Shown: positions 1-10,017, numbered from the stretch's first letter. The stretch is DNA of 64,000 nucleotides from an uncultured delta proteobacterium (GCA_963827685.1 CAWHBU010000005.1:64001-128000), one strand, 5' to 3'. Notes: generated from the letters alone by a model not told the origin. Translations and numbers: made by a program.

Positions 1-1177
1 TCCTCCGTATGGTAACGGTCAACGTCAACCTCATTGAATCGATAATAGAGACGCATCTCCTGAGTTTGCCGATAGGTCTGCAGTAGTGGCCGCCAATCCC
101 AGAGGCGGATATTCTGAATGGTCTCCTGGTGGTCAGAGACCTGCCCGGGGGTGAGCTCCGATAACCCGGGGTACGTTTTCACTTCTATTTTATCGAGTTG
201 AAAGGCCTTGCGCGTAAAATCGATATTATACTTGAGATAAGGGGTCTCCAATTTCAGCTCGCTGGGCTCCACCTCGAATTTTTGCACGAGACCGGGGAGC
301 AGGATGATAACCACAAAATAGAGGAAAAAATAGCTTCCAATGCCAATGAGGATCGCCCTGAACCGCCGTTTCAAAAAGTTTAAAAGAACCCAAATACCTA
401 AGGCAATCGACGCAAAAAGCATGATCCAGAGACTGATCCTCGTGACGTTATAAGCCGTATATCCCACTCCGTAGACTACGCCAAGGGTGGAGTAGAGGAG
501 CTCAAAACGATCCAGGTAATAACCCCACACCCAGTTTCCAATGAAGAGAAGAAATAGGATAGCCACATGCCCCAGGGGTGTCCAATTTCTCCTTTGAGGA
601 GAATTTACCCCGAACCGAAGCATGCCAAAGGACATGTATCCGATAGAGATGAGCAAAAATGTTGTGAAGGTCAGACCTGTCAAGCCGTTCTGGATCATCT
701 CATAAAAAGGAAGTCTGAACATATAGAATCCGACATCCGCACCAAAGATGGGATCGGAGAATCCGAAGGTCCCCCCCAGCGGAAGCGCAGATAAGTATCC
801 CATTCAGAATAGTAGATAAGACCAAAAATGAGTGCTGGAACACATGAGATGATGGCGGTAATGAATTTTCCGGTTTTTGCTGTGATCTCCCCGGCATTCT
901 CAATTACCAGCACATCTTGTCTCCCAACGCTCTTCAGCCCGGCCCTCACGAGCAGACGGAGATTGCCCCAGAAATAGAGGAATACTAAGATAAAAGCCAG
1001 ACCGAACCATCCCAGCTTAATGAACAGCAACTGCCAGAAGATGGTTTCATACCCTAATTCCCCCATCCAGAGCCATTCCACCAGCCTGCCTGTAATGAGC
1101 GATAGAAAAATCAGAACGAAAATCACCACGGCGAGAACGTACCAAAAAATCCTTCTTCCTATCGCGAGCCTTTTCAT
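1..1177 (-). pseudogene. UPF0182 family membrane protein, frameshifted, runs off the left edge
   Basis: N-terminus (EWLWMGELGYETIFW) is in ORF 695..1177. After the G7 run (C7 on + at 771-777) the UPF0182-like sequence continues in another frame (TFGFSDPIFGADVGFYMFRLPFYE...RLWDWRPL...DVDRY) to position 1. Confidence 0.8.
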
Positions 1178-1266
1178 TACTATCTACCTCCTCTCCATCT
1201 TTATCTGGGGTTCCTCTCACCCATCCTTATAGAACCCTCCAGCCAGCGAGCCGGGGCGATGGATGG

Positions 1267-1356
1267 ATGCTCTATGCGCTACCTGTCCTCCGTAGCAGAA
1301 CGAACTGCGTAGGAGGATGCTCTTTGCGATCTTTTGTTTGCAGGGCCAACTTTTTT
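1267..1356. repeat. 90-bp exact direct repeat, copy 1 (copy 2 at 6057..6146)
   Basis: Identical from atgctctatgcgct to ggccaactttttt; contains a REP-like hairpin tcctccgtagc...gcgtaggagga. Confidence 0.9.
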
Positions 1357-1622
1357 AGGGATGACAGTCTTCTTAAGGCTAATCTCTTTCTTAGGAGTTG
1401 ACTGAATTTTTCAGTCAGAGACTTTGGACCCCTTGACTACAAAATTGACTCAGTTGTTACGTAATGACTCTCGACTTTACCACTTGCCTGATCACTCAAT
1501 CGCTTATTGACTCAACGCCCGCATTACCGCCCCACTTTTTTATGGATGACACCGGTTTGCAATAGGTCTATTTCTTAAACAACTTAACTACGTCCCTGGG
1601 TGCGTCCTTAGATCATTTCAGC

Positions 1623-2879
1623 TTACTTGTTTTGTTCCTTCAACCTCTTCTCGTAATTAAGGCGTACTTCTTTGAGTTCAGCGGGTGTCCTGCAAATTTC
1701 TTCAGCTTGAATGGACTGCATATTCTTTAAAATAGCGAACCCATACTTTTCGCTGTAGGCTGTCTCCCCCCAGACCACATCCTCAACTACCTGATGGTCC
1801 TCTTTTCTTACGATCTTCCAACCTTCTGGGGTTTCCCACGCAAGCGGCTCCTTTTCCACTGCAGCAATCACTCTTTCCGTGTCCGTTGTGCCGGCACGCT
1901 CTATGGCGGCCTTCAGGAAATAGACACCTGCATAGGTTTCTTCAGCCATATAGTCAGGATATTCTTTAAACCTCTCCTGGTAAATCTTGACGAACCTACG
2001 GTTCATAGGAGAGTCCGGGGTAAGGAAAAAGTAACGGGCTGAAACGAACAAACCCTCGGGCATGCTCTTTCCCAGAGGAATGAGCGTCTCAAGGGCTGCC
2101 CCATCCGGAAAAACAAACTTGATTTTGTCAAATAGGCCCAGAGGTAACGCTTGCTTAATGAAAGTGACTGCGTCCATACCCCACAAAGGTGACCAGATGG
2201 CTTCTGGTTTGGCTTCTATAATCTTTTGGATGAAAGGAGTATAGTCAGGCTCGGTTAACTTGGGCCATAACTCACCGACAATCTCGATATCTGGCCGCAG
2301 CTCCTTCAATTTATCCTTGAATGAATTCCAGGATTCGTAACCATAACTGTAGCCTGGTCCAATGCACATCCAACGCTTGAATGGTTTACTCGCCATGAAA
2401 TAGGCACCGGCCCGAGAGTGCATCATGGCATTGCTCAAAGTGCTGAACATGTACCGGTTGAACTTGGCATCTGTCAGCGAATTTGTCGCCGACTGTGTTA
2501 GGACCAGAATCTTCTTTTGCTGTTCGACAAGATCCGCCATGGCCAGAGCCACACCGCTGGAAGTGGGTCCAATAATGAAATCCACTTTGTCCTGAGTGAT
2601 AAATTTCTTAGTGATCTGCACGCCCTTATCCACTTTTAACTCGTCATCTTCAAAAATGGCTTCAACCTTTCTCCCTAAAATGCCGCCCTGCCCATTAATT
2701 TCGTCAAGAGCTAACTGGATTGCCTGTGTTCCGTGCTTACCGTATCCTCCCATCTTCCCGGACATGATGAAAACCACACCGAGCTTGATCGGCTTTTTTT
2801 CAGCCGCCCAGCCTGTTCCGAATACCAAAACAAAACTAATAAAAAGAACGCCTATTCCTATGATCCATCTCCCTCTCAT
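1623..2879 (-). CDS. Orphan LIV-type ABC substrate-binding protein
   Basis: Signal peptide, IKLGVVFIMSG and INGQGGILGRKVE motifs; RBS aggagg before the ATG at 2879. Confidence 0.9.
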   Translation of the reverse strand: MRGRWIIGIGVLFISFVLVFGTGWAAEKKPIKLGVVFIMSGKMGGYGKHGTQAIQLALDEINGQGGILGRKVEAIFEDDELKVDKGVQITKKFITQDKVDFIIGPTSSGVALAMADLVEQQKKILVLTQSATNSLTDAKFNRYMFSTLSNAMMHSRAGAYFMASKPFKRWMCIGPGYSYGYESWNSFKDKLKELRPDIEIVGELWPKLTEPDYTPFIQKIIEAKPEAIWSPLWGMDAVTFIKQALPLGLFDKIKFVFPDGAALETLIPLGKSMPEGLFVSARYFFLTPDSPMNRRFVKIYQERFKEYPDYMAEETYAGVYFLKAAIERAGTTDTERVIAAVEKEPLAWETPEGWKIVRKEDHQVVEDVVWGETAYSEKYGFAILKNMQSIQAEEICRTPAELKEVRLNYEKRLKEQNK

Positions 2880-2959
2880 AGTTTCCTCCTTTTTTATTTG
2901 GGAATGCCACTTTTTTATGGATGACACCGCATGCTCTGCATCTCGAAAGGGTATCGATG

Positions 2960-3217
2960 TTATCTCCGGTATACTTCACGACAATGTCGCACTCGCATGA
3001 TCCTCACGGCCCTTGTCTTCTCATCAATCTCGTAAAGGACACGGTAGTCTCCAACTCTAATTCGCCAATCATTCTTTGAACCGGCAAGCTTGCGGCATCC
3101 CGAAGGTCTTGGATTTTCTGCTAAGGCTCTAATCTGGGGAATGATCCGGTGGAAGGTGGTTATGGGTAGACGCTTGAGGTCATTTTCAGCAGCTCTCTCA
3201 AGATACACCTCATACAC
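2960..3217 (-). CDS. RelE/ParE family toxin
   Basis: LAENPRPSGCRKL...WRIRVGDYRVLYEID motif. Confidence 0.92.
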   Translation of the reverse strand: MYEVYLERAAENDLKRLPITTFHRIIPQIRALAENPRPSGCRKLAGSKNDWRIRVGDYRVLYEIDEKTRAVRIMRVRHCREVYRR

Positions 3218-3419
3218 TTGGATGATACTCCTTCAAAAAGTCCTCGAGCCTTCTAAACTTAAGAGGTCTCTTCCTCATTTCTTTGAGCAAATTCAAATCC
3301 TCAAGGTCCTCCAGACGCTCTAACATTTGTCGATACTCATCGATATCAAGAATGACCGCAAAGGGTTTACCCTCTTTCAGGACAATCTCAGGAGTTTTCC
3401 TCTTCATCTTACCTTTCAT
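3210..3419 (-). CDS. Phd/YefM-like antitoxin
   Basis: GKPFAVILDIDEY...LEDLED; overlaps the toxin start. Confidence 0.85.
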   Translation of the reverse strand: MKGKMKRKTPEIVLKEGKPFAVILDIDEYRQMLERLEDLEDLNLLKEMRKRPLKFRRLEDFLKEYHPSV

Positions 3420-3764
3420 GTCTTAACCTCCCATTTGTTAAGCGCCATATTATAATACATCTATTTTTGTTAAATTGTAAAGCCTATTCCACACTTCAAG
3501 AACGAAACAAACATTTGCTCCTTTACTTTGAGCTTTCAGGTTTCAGCTTTACGCCATGCGCGCTGCTGTTATTAGCCTTGAATTCCGCATTCCGCAATCC
3601 GCATATGAAGTATCCTTCTCCCAATCACCGTGTCCCCGTTTCCCCTCATCTGCTCTTGCGTCTCCCCATCTCCTCGTTTCTCTGTCTTCCTATCTTCCTA
3701 TTTTTCTTTTGGGCAGGCCAAACTTTTTTATGGATGCTACCTGTGAATCGTGCAGACCTGAACC

Positions 3765-4763
3765 CTAGGAGTGGGTTTCAATTTCCATGAGGTCCTTTCC
3801 AACGATAATTTTTCCGCCGAAGTTTTGCCTGGGACCCTCCGCCCACATCTCTTCGGTGACAGAAGGATCATCGGATGGGACAAAATGCGTGAGAACAAGG
3901 GTTTTTACTCCGGCTTCCTTCGCCACCTTGCCCACATCGATATGTGTTGTATGGGAGGCGACGATATGTTCGAGAAGTCTATCCGCATTGGGAACGCGGG
4001 CAAGAAGTCGGGCAAGGGAGGGCTTATGAAGGACCTCGTGGACGAGGATATCGGCACCTTTAGCAAGCTTGATCAGATTGTCAGAGGGGGTCGTGTCGCC
4101 GGAGAAGACGATCGATGTTTTGGCGGTGTCAAACCGGTATGCAAAGGAGGGTACAACCGGAGGGTGGTTTACGAGGGCTGCCGTGACTTTCACATTTTCA
4201 TCCTGCATGACCGGTCCATTTTCCGAGAACTCATGAACGTGTACCATGGGGGCCAGAGGAGGTCTCCCTTCGTCAGGGATCCTGATATTGATGTCATAGG
4301 CATTGAGCTCAAAGAAGGCGTTCGTCATCTTCTCAAGCGGAGGGGGTCCATAGGCATCGATCCTTCCTTTAAACCCGGACGCCCATGCATTGTAAACAAG
4401 ATTTCCGTATTCGAGGTTATGGTCAGAATGGTGATGGGTGATGAAAATGTGTTTTAGGGCCGCAAGGGAGATACCCGCAAAGACGAGCTGTCTGCTGACA
4501 CCCCCTCCACAATCAACGACGTAGGGAATGTTATTCACAATGACGACCCATGCTGACTGGTTTCGCACTTTATTGGGGCGGGGTCCACCTCCCGTCCCTA
4601 ATAGGATCAATCTTACATCTGATTTCTTCGTGGGACTGAGATCCTTGGTCTGGGCAAACAGATCCTTTGCCAGCAGGGTGCCGGCAAAAGCAGCCATCGA
4701 GCCGGTTAGGAATTGCCTCCTGGACAAACCTTTGGTTTTGTCGCCTTTTTGTCGATCCGACAT
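3765..4763 (-). CDS. Tat-exported MBL-fold hydrolase (RNase Z/arylsulfatase-like)
   Basis: SRRQFL twin-arginine signal; LLGTGG, THHHSDH, FSGDT and LVLTH motifs. Confidence 0.88.
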   Translation of the reverse strand: MSDRQKGDKTKGLSRRQFLTGSMAAFAGTLLAKDLFAQTKDLSPTKKSDVRLILLGTGGGPRPNKVRNQSAWVVIVNNIPYVVDCGGGVSRQLVFAGISLAALKHIFITHHHSDHNLEYGNLVYNAWASGFKGRIDAYGPPPLEKMTNAFFELNAYDINIRIPDEGRPPLAPMVHVHEFSENGPVMQDENVKVTAALVNHPPVVPSFAYRFDTAKTSIVFSGDTTPSDNLIKLAKGADILVHEVLHKPSLARLLARVPNADRLLEHIVASHTTHIDVGKVAKEAGVKTLVLTHFVPSDDPSVTEEMWAEGPRQNFGGKIIVGKDLMEIETHS

Positions 4764-4956
4764 CTGCGAGCCCCTCCTTTCCTGATTATTATTTCCACAC
4801 AACAATCGATCTTGACGCCATGCGCCTTGCCCTTGGCAATATGCTCCAGGGCAGGCCCAACTCTTTTATGGATAACACCCGGATTCGATTTTATGAGTAA
4901 TTCAACTTAGTCAACAACGGCCCCTTTGTCCTTCTACAATGCGCTGCTCATCTGGT

Positions 4957-5313
4957 TTAACGCATCCTCTTAAAAACGGAGTAAGCCTCCATAAAGGTCG
5001 GAAATCCGGCGGTCTGTATTAACAGAAGAAGTGCATGCTTAATCTCATCATCGGTCAGCCCAGATTCCTTTCCTTTCAGGATATGAGTCTCCAGAGATAA
5101 AGGATGACCGCTTGCCCCGGAAACGGCAATCTTGATCAGCCAGCGGATTTTCTCGGGCAGAGGGCCAGATTGCTCATGAATCGTTTTCCCCAGTGCTTCA
5201 TGGCCTTTGTAGACGGCCGGAAACTCTTTCTTGAATTCTTTAAATGGCTCGTGAATTTCTTTCATCTCGGCTCTCCTTTCCTCCCTGAAACGATCAGCGA
5301 TTTTAACCTTCAA
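4957..5313 (-). CDS. Carboxymuconolactone decarboxylase/AhpD-like protein
   Basis: GPLPEKIRWLIKIAVS...H...GLTDDEIKHALLL...GFP pattern; true start may be the MKEIHE codon. Confidence 0.8.
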   Translation of the reverse strand: MKVKIADRFREERRAEMKEIHEPFKEFKKEFPAVYKGHEALGKTIHEQSGPLPEKIRWLIKIAVSGASGHPLSLETHILKGKESGLTDDEIKHALLLLIQTAGFPTFMEAYSVFKRMR

Positions 5314-5483
5314 ATTGGCGTTCTAAGTTTGGAATCAACCCCTTTTTTCTAGAAATGATTTGTTCGATCAAGCAGTTCACTTGGTCCGACCCGAGATCCC
5401 CGTAAACGCGCTTGCCTTTTTTGGAAATGATTAATTTGATCAACCCGTTAACTTGGTCCGAGCATAGGCCCAACCCTCGTTGA

Positions 5484-5972
5484 TTATTCTGTTACGCCTT
5501 TACCTTCTGTCCGTGTTGCTGTCCATTCCCCTGACAAACCTGACGGCCACGCTGGATTTGAGAAGGTAATGGTATATGTTCCAATCCCCCCTCCGTCCCT
5601 CAATTCACCCTTGACATTCAGGGTAAACGGAGAATCCTGATACCCCGAGGGGGCGGAAGAATTCGTCGCTGTGCCCGTAGCGGTGAACGAGAGAGAAGAG
5701 CCCGAGATGATCACCCTTCCTCCAGTGAAAGGACATGTCGTGGAGTCTAGATACGTCCACTCTCCGGTAACGGTCACCGTCCCATCTGATTTCTTAGTCA
5801 AAGTCCAAACCCCTTTGCCACCACCACGATCAACAATCGATTTCCAGCGCTCTGTGGTCATGGCCGGGCGGTCATCATTACTGCTGGCCCCGCTCGGCCC
5901 ATACCCAATAACAAATAGGCTGGAGATGAGCGTTACGGCAATAACGGTACATACCAATGGATATCGTCTCAT
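5484..5972 (-). CDS. Secreted beta-rich hypothetical protein
   Basis: N-terminal hydrophobic signal, Thr/Gly-rich body, plausible RBS. Confidence 0.65.
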   Translation of the reverse strand: MRRYPLVCTVIAVTLISSLFVIGYGPSGASSNDDRPAMTTERWKSIVDRGGGKGVWTLTKKSDGTVTVTGEWTYLDSTTCPFTGGRVIISGSSLSFTATGTATNSSAPSGYQDSPFTLNVKGELRDGGGIGTYTITFSNPAWPSGLSGEWTATRTEGKGVTE

Positions 5973-6056
5973 GATCTATGCCCCCTTCGATACTCTTTAA
6001 TTCAAGACCCGGCCCCCTCTGCCACTTTTTAAGTTTTTACCTCTGATCTTTACACC

Positions 6057-6146
6057 ATGCTCTATGCGCTACCTGTCCTCCGTAGCAGAACGAACTGCGT
6101 AGGAGGATGCTCTTTGCGATCTTTTGTTTGCAGGGCCAACTTTTTT
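6057..6146. repeat. 90-bp exact direct repeat, copy 2
   Basis: Identical to 1267..1356. Confidence 0.9.
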
Positions 6147-6324
6147 GTGGATGACCCCTCTCTTGTTTTATGAAATGTGTGATTGCAAGACCTGGCCCCC
6201 CGTCCCGGCTATCATTCATCGCAACTTAAATTATCAGATATTTTTGAATTGGGCTTTTGAGCAACAGCCCGTCAAGACCTGACACCGGTGATGACTACGT
6301 CCCTGTGTCTCTTGTGTCTCTACG

Positions 6325-6893
6325 TCAAATGAACCACGGTGTTTTTTCAAGAACGGGGTTCAGGGTAAACGGCTCCGACTGTCTGAGAAACGCAGCTGTC
6401 AGATAAGCGATGTCCCCAGCGTATTTCAAGGTAATCGGTTCCCCGCAGAATGAATCAGTGGATGCCCAATTCAATTTCGTCAGATTCAAGACTTGTACTG
6501 CCAGGACTCGAAGATCGGGCTCTGCTCTCGGCAGCCCTTCTGGCCGATGAACCCATGCCGATACTTCTAAAGGCTTCGGGGTTCCCAAGGATCGACGGAA
6601 GGGGTTATAGCCGGTCGTTGACAAATATATCCTATTACCTGCAGCTTCTACATAACTTCCACGCCGCAGGCTGCCATCGGTTTCCGGTCGATTGTCATAC
6701 AACCGGACATTGTGATGCGAGTTGATCCATACGAAAGTAAAAGTTCCTTGAGGCCTCACTTTCCGAGCCGCCTCAAGGATTGAGTTCCGATCTACCTTCG
6801 CCAGCTTTGCAGAATAGTGAAAGATGATCCGAGGCGTCGGTGGTAGTCTGTTTCGAAGTTTTGTGAGTGTTTCCTCGACTAGCCGAGGGGGTG
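6325..6893 (-). pseudogene. C-terminal PIWI fragment of a prokaryotic Argonaute, probably catalytically inactive
   Basis: RGSY, GTPKPL, LTKLNWAS...EPITLKYA motifs and C-terminal PWFI; the 5' part is replaced by the duplicated MNT segment from 6894. Confidence 0.8.
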
Positions 6894-6970
6894 AGCAAGT
6901 CAGAAATCTCTTGGCGACTCGTTTGGTGCTCAATGAGCCAGCGGCTTTTTAGCCAGTCTTGCAAGCTCAC
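6894..6970 (-). pseudogene. Truncated MNT partner gene (probably HEPN-like), about 25 codons
   Basis: MSLQDWLKSRWLIEHQTSRQEISDLL, then an abrupt junction to the PIWI sequence. Confidence 0.65.
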
Positions 6971-7556
6971 GTTTGTCTCCGATGAGGAACAACATGGGTC
7001 CTCTTAAGACAGTGTTGAGGAAATGGTGCCCTGCCGCCACTTTTGATCGGAACTCCGCAGGAGGATAAACGGTTGGATTGATCTCCCGGCCAAGTGTCTT
7101 TTGAGCCTCGCTAAGCGATGACACAATCTCAGCAAATGTTACCTTGCCCACGACCAGGACATCCACATCGCTATCCCGGTGTTCTTCACTGCGCGCCATG
7201 GATCCATAGATGAAAGCCACATTGATGCGGCCACCCAAAGGCGCCAAGGCAGCTTGCAGCGTTGCCCCCACTCCAACCGTCTTGACGACCAGGTTTTTCA
7301 GCTCTGCAAATACAGGGCAACGGGGATTCGCCTGGTAATAGACCTGCCGCCCACGAACGATGCGCTGGATAATCCCAGCGTCTGAAAGCTGCTTCAACTC
7401 CCTCTGCACTGCACCCAGCCCGACTCCGGCGGCGCGAACGATTTGCCGCAGATAAAAAGCATCGTCGATATGGCTGTAGAGTAAAGAAAGGACTGCCCGG
7501 CGGGTCTTACCAAACAGGGTCCTGGATAGGTTATCGCTGTCAGGCAACGTACTCAT
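6930..7556 (-). CDS. wHTH + minimal nucleotidyltransferase (MNT antitoxin-like), copy 1
   Basis: wHTH N-terminus; YGSMARSEEHRDSDVDVLVVG; LGREINP. Confidence 0.9.
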   Translation of the reverse strand: MSTLPDSDNLSRTLFGKTRRAVLSLLYSHIDDAFYLRQIVRAAGVGLGAVQRELKQLSDAGIIQRIVRGRQVYYQANPRCPVFAELKNLVVKTVGVGATLQAALAPLGGRINVAFIYGSMARSEEHRDSDVDVLVVGKVTFAEIVSSLSEAQKTLGREINPTVYPPAEFRSKVAAGHHFLNTVLRGPMLFLIGDKRELARLAKKPLAH

Positions 7557-7595
7557 TGTGGGTACGATTGTACCTCTTTTAGGTACGATTTTCAA
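7549..7595 (-). promoter_or_regulatory. sigma70 promoter overlapped by two GTAC-N9-GTAC palindromic operators
   Basis: TTGAAA(7595-7590)-17 bp-TACAAT(7572-7567), 10 nt before the ATG. Confidence 0.7.
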
Positions 7596-7825
7596 GACAC
7601 TCCTTTTCGTTCACCCCTGCAAGACATTCACTGTCAGGTCTTGAAATTTGAATTAACCTCATCCCCCCCTCACCTTTCAATTGCTACCAACTTCTCGCAT
7701 AGCGCAGAGCGCATGGGGCATAGCGTAAATGAACTGCTGTGAATCGTGAACCGCGAGGCGTGACTCGTGATTCGTGAAATGCGTGAGAGTTAAAACAAAA
7801 AAGCCCTTTACCTTTTGAGAGCCGG

Positions 7826-8644
7826 TTAAAGCCCTGTTAGTTCCGCTGAATCAGTATACGGAATAATTGCTCCATTGGGCTGTTTCTTCCAAATTTTTTC
7901 TTTATGGGCCGCATCATATGCCATACGTTCTTCAGGAAATTTCATGGCAATCCGAGTGATAATTCTTTTTTCCTCCCGGCTAAGGGGTTTAGCGTCTGAC
8001 TCATCAGCTTCTATGATGTCCTGAATGAGATCCTTGTAGTTATTAAGTTGAGGCCCGTAGGGGAGGGCGGCATAGGTGGACCCTGTCAAGCTTTCCCCTG
8101 TTTCCCGGTGAGCCACCATATCTGCATACCAAAGATATTTTGCTGCAAAGAGCATCTTGTCATTCTTCTTCAGGATATGTTTACCCAGAACGGACTCAAA
8201 TTCTTTCAACACCAATTTTATCCTAGGGATTGAAAATGTCCGATTTCCGGTACAGCTATCTCCGACACTCTGACCTCCAAGAGCAATCCTGAGCGCATGG
8301 TCCATGGATTTGCTCTGGATGGTTCCTCCCTCCCACCTCTTGATGCTGGCAATTCCGACATTCATACGCTTTGCAAGAGCCTCCTGAGTCAATCCTAATC
8401 TCTTCCTCTTCCCAACGATTTCATCCCCTGTTATCAGGTTAACTGCTTTGCGGTAAGCATCAGCCATCGTCTTCTGAATGCGTGCTGCCTGGGTGACCGT
8501 TGCTGCCTCCACACCGCATACTGTACATCGATATTGTTCTGTCAGGACGATTATTTTAACACCACGGAAAGTCATTCGTTTTTTTGTTTTCCTCAGCACC
8601 GTTTTTCCATGCCCGCTCGGGCAATCCATTCTTACCTCTTTCAT
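7826..8644 (-). CDS. MqsA-like Zn-ribbon/HTH antitoxin fused to a Panacea (DUF4065/SocA)-like domain
   Basis: CPSGH...CTVC; LGLTQEALA...IKRWEGG HTH; KYLWYAD...LTGSTYAALPYGP. Confidence 0.8.
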   Translation of the reverse strand: MKEVRMDCPSGHGKTVLRKTKKRMTFRGVKIIVLTEQYRCTVCGVEAATVTQAARIQKTMADAYRKAVNLITGDEIVGKRKRLGLTQEALAKRMNVGIASIKRWEGGTIQSKSMDHALRIALGGQSVGDSCTGNRTFSIPRIKLVLKEFESVLGKHILKKNDKMLFAAKYLWYADMVAHRETGESLTGSTYAALPYGPQLNNYKDLIQDIIEADESDAKPLSREEKRIITRIAMKFPEERMAYDAAHKEKIWKKQPNGAIIPYTDSAELTGL

Positions 8645-8645
8645 T

Positions 8646-9020
8646 TTATTCCCTCTCATCTTCTTTTCGGTCTTCGTGAAGTGACACAAGCCACATCCTC
8701 TTCACTTTAATTGTAAACTTGAGATAGACCCTGCAACCCAATGTTTTACTTAACCACCGAAACGCCAAGAGCTCGTAACCTTCTATGTCATGCTCATAAG
8801 ATCGTTGCGGTGGATATTGCCCCGCATAATGGTTGGGGGTAATTTCTTCTAATAAATCGATCAGGATAAACGAAATATTTTGAAGATTGACGCCTAATTC
8901 AATTGCATCAGCGGCAATGATAACCGGATTCAAGATAGAAAATTGATTCTCTGATACCGCTTCCTTTGCCTGTTTTATCTTACGGTTGATTTCTTTGTGA
9001 GAAGGTCGGTCCATAAACAT
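8646..9020 (-). CDS. Putative MqsR-like toxin
   Basis: VYLKF...WLVSLH C-terminus; lies directly upstream of the MqsA-like gene. Confidence 0.65.
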   Translation of the reverse strand: MFMDRPSHKEINRKIKQAKEAVSENQFSILNPVIIAADAIELGVNLQNISFILIDLLEEITPNHYAGQYPPQRSYEHDIEGYELLAFRWLSKTLGCRVYLKFTIKVKRMWLVSLHEDRKEDERE

Positions 9021-9048
9021 TATGGTATCAATTGATACCTTTTGTCAA
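9019..9048 (-). promoter_or_regulatory. sigma70 promoter with a palindromic operator
   Basis: TTGACA-18 bp-CATAAT; perfect palindrome GGTATCAATTGATACC at 9024-9039. Confidence 0.75.
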
Positions 9049-9352
9049 TAGAAAAATTGAGCATCCTAATCTACTGGGCATCTGGGGAACATTGTTAATT
9101 TCTTAAACTTATTTTGCTTTTCAGAAATCTCATCCACCCCCAGCTTTCTTATCGTGAAGCGTGAGGCGTAAGTCGTAAGGTGTAAAAACAAAAAAGCCCA
9201 TCCCTAATCATAGAACCTAAAACAAAAACGTGAATTGTGACTCGTGATTCGTGATTCGTCACTGCAAATAAGAATAAAACGCAAGGCGTCAGTTGTAAGG
9301 GAAAACCAGAAAAACATCCGATTAGGTCTTAAATGTGAATCCTTACTCTTTA

Positions 9353-9925
9353 TCAAATTTTCCTCTTCATTTTTGTGATATAAGGAACTTTAGCTTCCTC
9401 AACTAGGAATCCAATCGGGCGCTTCTTGGATTCCGGTGGTTTCATCAGTTCCCTAATGGCGTCAAAAACCACCCTGAACTGAGCATCGTATTTCTTTTCC
9501 AATGCGTCAAGTTTACGAGCCAAATCGGCATGGGATGCAAGTATCCTTCGAAGACGAACGAAAGCCCGCATGATCTCGATGTTAACCTGAACGGCTCTCT
9601 CACTATTTAATACACTCGAAAGCATTGCTACACCTTGCTCTGTAAACGCATAGGGTAGGTAACGCCGCCCTCCTCGCCCCTCCTTTGAGGTCGCAAATTG
9701 CGACCTCAAAAGGTGAGTCTCTGACTCTGTCAATTGAAACATGAAATCTTCCGGAAACCTGGAAAGATTACGCCTTACCTGTTCATTCAGTCTTTTAGTT
9801 GTTACCCCATAGAGTTCCGCAATATCGGAATCCAGCATAACTTTATGACCACGAATTAGAAGTATCAACCGTTCAATGTGCTCAATAGGAATCAAGGATC
9901 TGTCTTTTGACATTTTATCATTCAT
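9353..9925 (-). CDS. ORF6N-domain DNA-binding protein, copy 1
   Basis: [18 protein letters not shown]...[10 protein letters not shown]...[18 protein letters not shown]...KRPIGF. Confidence 0.92.
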   Translation of the reverse strand: MNDKMSKDRSLIPIEHIERLILLIRGHKVMLDSDIAELYGVTTKRLNEQVRRNLSRFPEDFMFQLTESETHLLRSQFATSKEGRGGRRYLPYAFTEQGVAMLSSVLNSERAVQVNIEIMRAFVRLRRILASHADLARKLDALEKKYDAQFRVVFDAIRELMKPPESKKRPIGFLVEEAKVPYITKMKRKI

Positions 9926-10017
9926 TAACTCTCCTGACCTTTCAATTGTTCAGATGTTCTCCCATAACCGTGAGTCGGGATTCGTGACTCGTGAAATTCG
10001 TGAGAGTTAAAACAAGA

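Larger units (their letters stand above)
1346..6158 (-). repeat. Six co-oriented copies of the motif GTGTCATCCATAAAAAAGT(T/G)GG between genes
   Basis: Copies at about 1346-1366, 1532-1553, 2907-2928, 3711-3741, 4849-4880 and 6131-6158. Confidence 0.85.

Noticed and set aside
3771-4457. Long antisense ORFs (also 22106..22732, 47004..47744, 49857..50546, 57434..58126)
   Set aside because: These are shadows of well-supported genes on the opposite strand, with no recognisable motifs.
6325-6933. The 202-aa ORF as an intact gene
   Set aside because: The first ~13 codons come from the duplicated MNT segment in another frame; it is a deletion-junction chimera.
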